NCBI GenBank assembly: GCA_934086255.1
Contig: CAKOIB010000001.1
Location: 1 to 46,108 of the forward strand
DNA length: 46,108 bases
Direction of reading: 5' to 3'
DNA from: an uncultured Bacilli bacterium
Lineage (GTDB): Bacteria; Bacillota_I; Bacilli_A; RF39; UBA660
Shown here: piece by piece, positions 7,304 to 15,461 of the stretch
Layout of the letters: the number at the start of each line of letters is the position of its first letter
Position numbering within the stretch: position 1 is the first letter of the stretch
Notes under the pieces: model-generated
What the model was told of the DNA's origin: nothing
The model's database searches: none
What the model saw: the letters and a program-made list of their open reading frames with translations, nothing else
Position numbers and translations under genes: made by a program

Positions 7304-8041
7304 ATGGACTTCATTATTTTAAGTAGTAGTAATCAAGGTCTAAAGGGGTATGAAGGTGTGATCAGCGAATCATTACTTGATTCAAAATTAGAATATCATA
7401 GTTATAAATTCGATGATATTAATAATATGAAAGAGTATGTAGCAAAAAATAAAACAAAAAAAATTTATATAATTGAAAATAATTCACTAATTGATGCAGA
7501 ATTAATCGTTGATTATATAAGAAAGGAAATAAATGATTATCAGTCATATATTATTATCATTAACTTTGATGATAATTTTAAATTAATGAGACATAATGTA
7601 ATGACAACTATATTAGAAAGCAGCAATATATCAACAAATTTAGTAACTACAATTAAAGAGTTGAATAATGTATATTTGCAAGACACTAGTATGTTTTGGT
7701 TCAAACAAAATGGAGTGCTATTTTTGGTGCCGCTTTCTGATATTGTTTGTATAGAAAAATTACAAAATTCAAAATATACTCAAATTATATGCAAAAATAG
7801 AAAATACATAATAAAAGAAACATTAAATCATATAATGACAAAACTTAATAAAAACTTCATAATGGTTCATCGAAGTGTTTTTGTTAACATAAAAGAAATA
7901 AAAACATATGACCATGTTAATGGAATAATAAGTTTCACAAATCATTATCAAACAAGTATGATTTCAAGGGATAAAAAGAAGGAATTATTAAAAGTTCTTA
8001 CCGAACAAGACATAATTTCTACCAAACAAGGTACAAAATAA
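7304..8041 (+). CDS. LytTR-family DNA-binding regulator with degenerate (pseudo-)receiver domain (AgrA-like architecture)
   Basis: SD CAGGAGAGAG. The C-terminal ~100 aa (LVPLSDIVCIEK...FIMVHRSVFVNIKEIKTYD...ISFTN...ISRDKKKEL) fits LytTR. The N-terminal ~125 aa has receiver-like beta-alpha periodicity, but the acidic pocket reads SSS and the phospho-acceptor position reads Glu (IYIIEN). Confidence 0.7.
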   Translation: MDFIILSSSNQGLKGYEGVISESLLDSKLEYHSYKFDDINNMKEYVAKNKTKKIYIIENNSLIDAELIVDYIRKEINDYQSYIIIINFDDNFKLMRHNVMTTILESSNISTNLVTTIKELNNVYLQDTSMFWFKQNGVLFLVPLSDIVCIEKLQNSKYTQIICKNRKYIIKETLNHIMTKLNKNFIMVHRSVFVNIKEIKTYDHVNGIISFTNHYQTSMISRDKKKELLKVLTEQDIISTKQGTK

Positions 8042-8142
8042 AAAATAAATCATATTTGTGATACTATTAAATTGCACACATAAGATAACAGATTCATAAA
8101 AAAAATAGCAGTAAAAATAGTAGGGAAAAAGAGGTGAAATAA

Positions 8143-8364
8143 GTGACAGGTTTTGTAAAGTGGTTTAACAATGAAAAAGGATTTGGTTTTATTGACTACA
8201 AACCTAACGAAGACGTATTTGTTCATTATTCTGCTATTAAAATGGAAGGATATAAAACTCTAAACGAGGGTGACTATGTTACATTCCAAATGGTAGAAAC
8301 AGGTAAAGGACTTCAAGCAATCAACGTAATGGTGATAAAACAAAAAGAACTAATGGCTGTATAA
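8143..8364 (+). CDS. Cold-shock protein (CspA family)
   Basis: GTG start 7 nt after [23 protein letters not shown] (RNP1) and VFVHYSAI (RNP2). Long 5' UTR from a TGtGATACT extended -10 near 8057-8065. Confidence 0.9.
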   Translation: MTGFVKWFNNEKGFGFIDYKPNEDVFVHYSAIKMEGYKTLNEGDYVTFQMVETGKGLQAINVMVIKQKELMAV

Positions 8365-8380
8365 ATGCTACAAATATTAA

Positions 8381-8412
8381 AAATCAGGTTGTCATTAAAC
8401 CTGATTTTCTTA
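8381..8412 (+). terminator. Rho-independent terminator after csp
   Basis: aaatcaggtt (8381-8390) / aacctgattt (8398-8407) plus T-rich tail. Confidence 0.7.
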
Positions 8413-8525
8413 TGTACTAAACCAACAAAAATATATATTTTGTTCTGTCAAAAAAAGTCAAACTTTTCCTAAACTATTTATTTAAGCATAAAAAAATGTT
8501 AAAATATTATCAGGAGGATGATATT

Positions 8526-9062
8526 ATGGATTTAAAAATAAGAGGAGAAAAACTTGAAATAACAAATGCGATGAAAGAATATGCATCAAACAAAATAAAC
8601 AAACTCTCAAAGTACTTGGAACAAGAAGAACAAGTACAAAGTAATATTTTATTCAAAAAACAAGGAGTAAAACAAAAAGTAGAAATTACAATTCCACTTA
8701 AAAAATACACATTAAGAGTAGAAGAAACTGGAGAAGATTTTTATGCTACAATAGATACTGCTATTGATAAACTAGAAAGACAAATAATAAAAAACAAAAC
8801 AAGAATTAATAGCAAAAAACAAAAAGAAAAAAGTGATTTTAACCTAGATTATGATTTTTCAAACTTCAATGTCGAAGAAGATGAAAACAAAATTATAAAA
8901 AGAAAAAAAGTAGAACTAAAACCAATGGATGAAGAAGAAGCAATTCTTCAAATGGAACTTTTAGGTCATGATTTCTACTTATTCAAAGACATTGACACAA
9001 ATAAATTTGCAGTAATTTATAAAAGAAAAAATAAAGACTATGGTTTAATTGAAGAAGAGTAA
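8526..9062 (+). CDS. hpf: Ribosome hibernation-promoting factor, long form (HPF/YvyD)
   Basis: MDLKIRGEKLEITNAMKEYA... (S30AE/sigma-54-modulation fold) and the C-terminal dimerisation block KPMDEEEAILQMELLGHDFYLFKD. ATG 8526 follows CAGGAGGA, so the track start 8496 is upstream of the SD. Confidence 0.9.
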   Translation: MDLKIRGEKLEITNAMKEYASNKINKLSKYLEQEEQVQSNILFKKQGVKQKVEITIPLKKYTLRVEETGEDFYATIDTAIDKLERQIIKNKTRINSKKQKEKSDFNLDYDFSNFNVEEDENKIIKRKKVELKPMDEEEAILQMELLGHDFYLFKDIDTNKFAVIYKRKNKDYGLIEEE

Positions 9063-9075
9063 GACTCTTCTTTTT
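9054..9075 (+). terminator. Rho-independent terminator after hpf
   Basis: gaagagt / actcttc with a 3-nt loop, then ttttt. Overlaps the stop codon. Confidence 0.55.
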
Positions 9076-9153
9076 ATATGAATAGTCACTTGAAAACCTA
9101 ATAATTATATGATAAAATAAAGGCGTAAAATAAGAAAAGAGGAGTTTTTTAAT

Positions 9154-10386
9154 ATGGAAAATAATGAAATAATGGGTAATGAAATAGTAAGCTTTGAAAA
9201 AAATAAAAAGAAAAGTAAATTACTATTAATATTACTATCGGTAGTAATATTATTGATAGTAGGAGCAGTAATAATCTACTTCTACATCAATAGCAATCCA
9301 TTACTAGCAATAAAGTACAATGCAAATAAACTAACAGAAAATATAACAGAACAAATAGAAAAACAAGAAAAAATAAAAAAAATATCAGGTAATTTAGAAA
9401 TTGACTATAACATTGAATCGACTGATAAAACATTAAAAGAAATGATTGATGCCTTTAATGGTCTATCAGTGATTGCCAACTACAAAATGGATACAGAAAA
9501 TAAAATATTACAAACAGAATTAAAAACAACATATAAAAATGAAAAATTAATTGATGCAAATATCTACATGCAAGACAAAAAAAGTTTTGTACAACTACCT
9601 GGAGTATTTGATAAGTATATAAATGTTGATTTATCTGAAAAATATGATGATATATTTAATACATCAAAAAATACCAAAGAAAGCAAAATAATTGTTAAAA
9701 GCGTTAATAAAGCATTTCAAAAATCTCTAAAAAAAGAATACTTAACTTCAGAAAACAAAACAATTACAATTGATGATAAAAAGACAAAAACAACAAAAAT
9801 ATCAATGGAATTAAATGATAAAAAACTAGCAAAAATATCAAAAGACTTTTTAACATATCTAAAAGATGATCAAGAATTCATTAAAGCAACCAACTCTATA
9901 TCAGAAACTAAAAACACAAAAGAAGAAATAGAAGGCTTAATTGATGAAATATCATTCGATAATCAAAGCGGAACTACTATGACAGTGTCTATCTATTGTA
10001 AGGGAATTTTAAAAGAAGTAGTTAGATATGAAGTAGAATTAAAACAAGATGAAGAAACCTATAATATAGCGGTCACAAAACACAAAGATAAATATGACTT
10101 TAAAATAAAACAAGAAGATGCAATAATATCTAAAGGAACTATTATAAAAGATAAAGAAAAAATCTCAATTGAAGCATCACTTATTGGATTAGGAAATGCT
10201 ACAATAAACATAACAAATAAGGAAGAAAAAAATCCAACAATAAATAAAAAAGAAATAAAAGATTCAGTAAAATATGAAGACTTAACAGAAAAACAAATGC
10301 AAGATATTGCAACAAAGCTATTACAAAATAAAGGATTTGAGAAGTTATCAACAATTTTTGAATCATTAATGCCACAAAGTTATTAA
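9154..10386 (+). CDS. Membrane-anchored (N-terminal TM) extracytoplasmic protein, unknown function
   Basis: SD AGAGGAG. Single TM (LLLILLSVVILLIVGAVIIYFYI), then a 360-aa Lys/Glu/Thr-rich ectodomain. No motif recognised. Confidence 0.6.
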   Translation: MENNEIMGNEIVSFEKNKKKSKLLLILLSVVILLIVGAVIIYFYINSNPLLAIKYNANKLTENITEQIEKQEKIKKISGNLEIDYNIESTDKTLKEMIDAFNGLSVIANYKMDTENKILQTELKTTYKNEKLIDANIYMQDKKSFVQLPGVFDKYINVDLSEKYDDIFNTSKNTKESKIIVKSVNKAFQKSLKKEYLTSENKTITIDDKKTKTTKISMELNDKKLAKISKDFLTYLKDDQEFIKATNSISETKNTKEEIEGLIDEISFDNQSGTTMTVSIYCKGILKEVVRYEVELKQDEETYNIAVTKHKDKYDFKIKQEDAIISKGTIIKDKEKISIEASLIGLGNATINITNKEEKNPTINKKEIKDSVKYEDLTEKQMQDIATKLLQNKGFEKLSTIFESLMPQSY

Positions 10387-10408
10387 CAATTTTGTTAATA
10401 ACTTTTTA
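10379..10408 (+). terminator. Rho-independent terminator
   Basis: gttattaaca (10379-10388) / tgttaataac (10393-10402) followed by ttttt. Overlaps the stop codon. Confidence 0.6.
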
Positions 10409-10453
10409 AAATCAAAAGAAAGGAACTAGTCTAAAATAAAAAAGACAATAAAC

Positions 10454-11308
10454 GTGAATAATATGATACTAATCGAAGGAAATAAGTTAAAAGAAAAAAC
10501 AATAAAAGAATTAAAAGAAAAAACAAAAAAATTACCAAGACCAATTAAAATAGCAATCATTCAAGTAGGAAAAAATGAATCTAGTACTATCTACATAAAC
10601 CAAAAAAAGAAATTAGAACAAGAAATTAACATATTAATAAACCATATTAAACTAGAAGAAAAAACTAAAGAACAAGAAATTATAAAAGTAATAAATGAGT
10701 TAAATCAAAATAAAGAAATAGATGGCATCATGGTTCAATTACCTCTTCCAAAACATTTAAATCCAAAAACAATTATAAATAAAATAGATGAAAACAAAGA
10801 TATAGATGGATTAACTGACTCAAACATAATAAAACTGTACAACAATAACTATACATTAGCACCATGTACACCAATTGGAATATTAAAACTTTTAGAGCTA
10901 TATAAAATAGATTTAGAAGATAAAAACATAGTAATCTTAGGAAGAAGTGATATTGTTGGAAAACCACTTTCAATGCTATTAACTAACAGTAATGCAACAG
11001 TAACATTATGTCATTCTAAAACGAAAGATGTAAAAAATATTACCAATAAAGCTGAAGCTGATATACTAATAAGTGCTATAGGAAGACCAAAACTTATAAC
11101 TAAAGACTATATCAAAAAAGATGCTATAATAATAGATGTTGGAATAAATAAAGATGAAAACGGAAAACTATGTGGAGATGTTGACTTTGAAGATGTTAAA
11201 GACAAAGTATCTTATATAACACCAGTGCCAAAAGGAGTAGGACCAGCAACCATAGCAATGTTCTTAGAAAACTCATACAAAGCATATTTACTAAACAATA
11301 AAAAATGA
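10454..11308 (+). CDS. folD: Bifunctional methylenetetrahydrofolate dehydrogenase/cyclohydrolase FolD
   Basis: IDGIMVQLPLPKHL, KDIDGL, APCTPIGI, ILGRSDIVGKP, ATVTLCHSKT, IIDVGIN and TPVPKGVGPATIAM. No clear SD, so the start (GTG 10454 vs ATG 10463) is uncertain. Confidence 0.85.
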   Translation: MNNMILIEGNKLKEKTIKELKEKTKKLPRPIKIAIIQVGKNESSTIYINQKKKLEQEINILINHIKLEEKTKEQEIIKVINELNQNKEIDGIMVQLPLPKHLNPKTIINKIDENKDIDGLTDSNIIKLYNNNYTLAPCTPIGILKLLELYKIDLEDKNIVILGRSDIVGKPLSMLLTNSNATVTLCHSKTKDVKNITNKAEADILISAIGRPKLITKDYIKKDAIIIDVGINKDENGKLCGDVDFEDVKDKVSYITPVPKGVGPATIAMFLENSYKAYLLNNKK

Positions 11309-11375
11309 TAATCATAAACTTTATTTACAAATAATCATTCGTGTATTATAATAGTATTGCAAAAGGAGGAATACT

Positions 11376-13319
11376 ATGTTTAAATTACATTCTAAGTTTC
11401 AACCAAGTGGCGATCAACCACAAGCAATCAAAAGTTTAGTAGACGGAGTAAACAAAGGATTGAAACATCAAGTTTTACTAGGAGCAACAGGAACAGGGAA
11501 AACATTTACAATAGCAAATGTCATAAAAGAAACAAACAAACCAACATTAGTACTAGCACACAACAAAACATTAGCGGGACAACTATACTCTGAATTAAAA
11601 GAATTATTTCCAGACAACCATGTTGAATACTTTGTATCATATTACGACTATTATCAACCAGAAGCCTATAAACCTCAAACGGATACATACATTGAAAAAG
11701 ATTCATCGATAAATGATGAAATAGATGAACTAAGACATGCAGCAACAAGTGCCCTTTTATCATCAAAAGATGTAATAGTAGTAGCATCAGTATCATGTAT
11801 ATATGGTATTGGAGAAAAAGAAGAATATGAAAAAAACATGCTTACATTAAGCATTGGACAAACAATAGAAAGAAATCAATTACTAATGAAATTAATTGAT
11901 ATGCTATATGAAAGAAATGATATAGACTTTAAAAGAGGAACTTTTAGAGTTCATGGAGACATAATAGAAATAATACCTACAAATGAGCACTCAAAAGCAA
12001 TTAGAATAGAATTATTCGGTGATGAAATAGATAAAATATTAGAAACAGATGCAATAACAGGAAAAGTAATTTCATCAAAAAAAAATATATCCATATTTCC
12101 AGCCAGTCACTTTGTAACAAGCGAAGACAAACTACAAGAAGCAATTAAAAGAATAGAAAAAGAATTAGAAGAAAGATTAGAATATTTTAAAGAAAATAAC
12201 AAACTATTAGAATACCAACGCATTGAACAAAGAACAAAATATGACATAGAAATGATGAAAGAAACAGGATTCTGCAGTGGTATTGAAAACTACTCAAGAC
12301 ACCTCGGTGGAAGAAAAGAAGGAGAAACTCCTAACACATTAATTGACTTCTTTCCTAAAGACTTTCTTTTAGTAATAGATGAATCACATGTAACATTGCC
12401 TCAAGTAAGAGGAATGTATAATGGGGATAGAGCAAGAAAAACAACATTAGTAGAATACGGTTTCAGACTACCAAGTGCTCTTGATAATAGACCATTAAAA
12501 TTCGATGAATTCGAGAAAAAAATAAACCAAGCAATATATATATCCGCAACACCGGGAGATTATGAACTAGAATTAGCACAAAACAAAGTAGATCAAATAA
12601 TAAGACCAACAGGCTTATTAGACCCAACTATTGAAATAAAACCATCACTTGGACAAATAGATGATCTAGTCGGAGAAATAAAATCTAGAATAGAAAAAAA
12701 TGAAAGGGTATTAATAACCACTCTAACAATAAGAATGGCCGAAGAATTAACAAACTACTTAAAAGAACTTGACATAAAAGTAGCATACCTTCATTCAGAA
12801 GTAAAAACACTAGATAGATTAAAAACAATTAGAGAATTAAGACTAGGAACTTATGACTGTATCGTAGGAATAAATCTATTGCGTGAAGGATTAGACATTC
12901 CCGAAGTAAGCTTAATAGCAATACTAGATGCAGATAAAGAAGGATTCCTACGTTCAACAAGAAGTCTTATTCAAACAATAGGAAGATGCGCAAGAAATGA
13001 AAACGGTCATGTAATAATGTATGCTGATAAAATAACCGATAGCATGAAATCAGCAATCGAAGAAACAAAAAGAAGACGTACAATTCAAGAACAATACAAC
13101 AAAGAACATAACATTATTCCAAAAACAATAAAAAAAGAAATTAGAGAATTAATATCTAATACAGAAGAAGAAAACTATTCAAAACCAGAAAAAGATGATA
13201 TAATGGAAAACGTAAGCATAGAAAAATTGGAAGAAGAAATGAAAGAAGCAGCAAAGAACTTAGACTTCGAACGTGCTATGCAATTACGTGATATTATATT
13301 CGAATTAAAATTAAAATAA
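11376..13319 (+). CDS. uvrB: Excinuclease ABC subunit B
   Basis: [37 protein letters not shown] and the C-terminal UVR motif [11 protein letters not shown]. Confidence 0.95.
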   Translation: MFKLHSKFQPSGDQPQAIKSLVDGVNKGLKHQVLLGATGTGKTFTIANVIKETNKPTLVLAHNKTLAGQLYSELKELFPDNHVEYFVSYYDYYQPEAYKPQTDTYIEKDSSINDEIDELRHAATSALLSSKDVIVVASVSCIYGIGEKEEYEKNMLTLSIGQTIERNQLLMKLIDMLYERNDIDFKRGTFRVHGDIIEIIPTNEHSKAIRIELFGDEIDKILETDAITGKVISSKKNISIFPASHFVTSEDKLQEAIKRIEKELEERLEYFKENNKLLEYQRIEQRTKYDIEMMKETGFCSGIENYSRHLGGRKEGETPNTLIDFFPKDFLLVIDESHVTLPQVRGMYNGDRARKTTLVEYGFRLPSALDNRPLKFDEFEKKINQAIYISATPGDYELELAQNKVDQIIRPTGLLDPTIEIKPSLGQIDDLVGEIKSRIEKNERVLITTLTIRMAEELTNYLKELDIKVAYLHSEVKTLDRLKTIRELRLGTYDCIVGINLLREGLDIPEVSLIAILDADKEGFLRSTRSLIQTIGRCARNENGHVIMYADKITDSMKSAIEETKRRRTIQEQYNKEHNIIPKTIKKEIRELISNTEEENYSKPEKDDIMENVSIEKLEEEMKEAAKNLDFERAMQLRDIIFELKLK

Positions 13320-13329
13320 AGGAATAGCT

Positions 13330-14097
13330 ATGAAAAAGAAGAAAAAACTAAGAATTAAAAAAGAAGTAAAGAAAAAATTCATGTTTTTAATAATTGGAAT
13401 ACTAGTAATAATAATTTCATGTGAAGGCATAAACTATTTATACCACATTGAAAGAAAAACAACACCAAATACAACCGAGAAAAAAGAATATTACAAACTA
13501 TATGATTTTGGATTTGTTTACGAAAAAAGTACCAATGATTATAATCAAAATAAAATAGATGATTACACAGATATTCTAAATGGTGCTAAAAAAGTAGTAC
13601 AAAAAAATCCTAAGTATGTAAGTAAATACTATGATGGTGGTTATCCACCTGAAACCGAAGGGATAAGTGCAGATGTAATAACATGGTCCTTAAAAGAAGC
13701 GGGATATGATTTAAAAGAACTTATATCAAAAGATATAAAAAAGACTCAAAAATCAAAAGAGAACACTTATAATATAGAAATAAGAGATGACAACATAGAC
13801 TTCAGAAGAATAACCAATCAACAAATATTTTTCGAAAGATACGCTAAAGACTTAACAACAGACATATATGAAATTGGTTCGTTCCAACCAGGTGATATAA
13901 TAGTATTTGATTACAATTCCCATATAGCAATAATTTCCGATAAAATAAACAAAAACGGTATACCATATATAATTCATCTATATGATAATAAACAAAAATC
14001 AAAAGAAGAAGATATTCTAGAAACAACAGATATGACTATTACCAATCACTATAGATTTGAATATAATAAAAAAATAGAACAACTAATAAATTCATAA
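13330..14097 (+). CDS. DUF1287-like membrane-anchored protein
   Basis: N-terminal TM. YDGGYPPETEGISADVITWSLKEAGYDLKELI... and GDIIVFD...HIAIISD resemble the DUF1287 pattern as I recall it. Confidence 0.55.
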   Translation: MKKKKKLRIKKEVKKKFMFLIIGILVIIISCEGINYLYHIERKTTPNTTEKKEYYKLYDFGFVYEKSTNDYNQNKIDDYTDILNGAKKVVQKNPKYVSKYYDGGYPPETEGISADVITWSLKEAGYDLKELISKDIKKTQKSKENTYNIEIRDDNIDFRRITNQQIFFERYAKDLTTDIYEIGSFQPGDIIVFDYNSHIAIISDKINKNGIPYIIHLYDNKQKSKEEDILETTDMTITNHYRFEYNKKIEQLINS

Positions 14098-14114
14098 TAA
14101 AAAGGAGAAGTACA

Positions 14115-14693
14115 ATGAATAAAGAAGAAATGTTAAAACCAGAAATAGACATGATACAAAATGAGAAATATAAAGATAATTTAAAAATACTAATAAATAG
14201 TATACCTGATTATTTTTTTGAAATACCAGCCTCATCAACAGGAAAATATCATCCAGAGTTTTCGGCAGGACCACAAGGACTACTTAGACATACAAAAGTA
14301 GCAACAAGAATAGCAAATGAGCTTTTATCACTAGAATGTTATCAAAATATGTTTACAAAAGATGAACAAGATCTTTTAAAAATAGCAGTAATAATGCATG
14401 ATACATTAAAATGTGGAGAAGTAAAAGAACAATATACAAGGTTTGATCATCCACTACTTTCTGCAAACAATATTAAAAAACATCAACAAGAAACAACATT
14501 TACAGATGATGAAATAAAGTTCCTAACAGATGCTATATCATCCCACATGGGGCAATGGAACACTAATCAATATAGCAATATAATTTTACCAAAACCAGAA
14601 ACTAAATACCAAATTTTCGTTCATACATGTGACTTTCTATCAAGCAAGAAATTTTTAAACGTAAAATTTGATAATAATAACAATATATTATAG
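14115..14693 (+). CDS. HD-domain phosphohydrolase
   Basis: GKYHP...LLRHT...IMHDTLK...FDHP...SHMG: His/Asp metal-ligand pattern of the HD superfamily. SD AAGGAGAAG. Confidence 0.7.
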   Translation: MNKEEMLKPEIDMIQNEKYKDNLKILINSIPDYFFEIPASSTGKYHPEFSAGPQGLLRHTKVATRIANELLSLECYQNMFTKDEQDLLKIAVIMHDTLKCGEVKEQYTRFDHPLLSANNIKKHQQETTFTDDEIKFLTDAISSHMGQWNTNQYSNIILPKPETKYQIFVHTCDFLSSKKFLNVKFDNNNNIL

Positions 14694-14702
14694 GAGTAAC
14701 AA

Positions 14703-15329
14703 ATGAAAAAAGAAAAGAAAAAAGTACTAATAGGTTACTATACAAAATCAGTAATATTAACATATCTATCTGTAATAAGTGCAATTATAGGTATGTATAT
14801 AGCATTAATAGAAAACGAGCCAAAGTATGCTCTTTTACTATTGATAATATCAGGATTATGTGATGCATTCGATGGGAAAGTAGCAAGAACATGCAAAAGA
14901 ACAGAACAAGAAAAGCAATTTGGAGTAGAACTAGACTCATTAGCAGATTTAATTGCATTCATAATGTTTCCGATTATAATATTTTATTCACTAGGATTAC
15001 ATAGTATTATTAATGTAATAATATTTATACTATTTGCCCTTGGAGGAGTCATAAGATTAGCTTACTTTAATACAATAGCAGATCAAAATGCTCCAGTAAA
15101 ATACTATAGTGGATTACCTGTAACATCAACCGCTATAATATTTCCAGTATTTTACTTATTGACAATATTGTTAACAACTAACACATTTAATACTATATAT
15201 ACAATTGTAATGTTAATAACATCAATCTTATTTGTCCTAAACTTTAAAATTAAAAAGCCTAAGACAAAAGAATTAATAATATTTTTAATCGGAGGTCTAG
15301 TTTTAGGACTAACATTAATAATTTTATAA
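14703..15329 (+). CDS. pssA: CDP-diacylglycerol--serine O-phosphatidyltransferase (CDP-alcohol phosphatidyltransferase family)
   Basis: DAFDGKVARTCKRTEQEKQFGVELDSLADLI equals the D-G-x2-A-R-x(n)-G-x3-D-x3-D signature. Polytopic, with a size (~208 aa) typical of PssA. Confidence 0.8.
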   Translation: MKKEKKKVLIGYYTKSVILTYLSVISAIIGMYIALIENEPKYALLLLIISGLCDAFDGKVARTCKRTEQEKQFGVELDSLADLIAFIMFPIIIFYSLGLHSIINVIIFILFALGGVIRLAYFNTIADQNAPVKYYSGLPVTSTAIIFPVFYLLTILLTTNTFNTIYTIVMLITSILFVLNFKIKKPKTKELIIFLIGGLVLGLTLIIL

Positions 15330-15363
15330 AGTATATGCAATCAAAATAGCATATACTTTTTTT
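15330..15363 (+). terminator. Rho-independent terminator after pssA
   Basis: agtatatgc (15330-15338) / gcatatact (15349-15357) followed by tttttt. Confidence 0.7.
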
Positions 15364-15402
15364 GATAGATAGTTTTAAAAATCACAAAAATACGAAAATA
15401 AT

Positions 15403-15430
15403 TGACAAAAACGACAAAAAGTGCTATAAT
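15403..15430 (+). promoter_or_regulatory. Near-consensus SigA promoter (TTGACA-16-TGcTATAAT)
   Basis: TTGACA 15403-15408 and TGCTATAAT 15422-15430. The track ORF start at 15402 lies inside this promoter. Confidence 0.7.
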
Positions 15431-15461
15431 AATGCCAATCCAAGTTGAAGGGGGAAATAAT

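Noticed and set aside
5650-8041. Mobile element / prophage remnant explanation for the island
   Set aside because: No integrase, transposase, recombinase or tRNA attachment site is present, and I could see no flanking direct or inverted repeats. Only the small region-4-like HTH is reminiscent of mobile-element regulators. It is kept as an accessory island, not called a mobile element.
8042-8142. Direct repeats aaaatagcag / aaaatagtag upstream of csp as LytTR binding sites
   Set aside because: They are short, A-rich and lie within the csp 5' UTR downstream of its likely promoter. The spacing and sequence do not resemble known LytTR paired repeats, so this is probably chance in AT-rich DNA.
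11309-11375. LexA (Cheo-box, GAAC-N4-GTTC) operators upstream of uvrB and uvrA (33584-33667)
   Set aside because: No GAAC...GTTC palindrome is visible in either upstream region. SOS control cannot be claimed from sequence.
15402-15461. Upstream TTG start of the 642-aa ORF
   Set aside because: The TTG is part of the TTGACA -35 box of a near-consensus promoter. ATG 15462 has the SD GAAGGGGGA.
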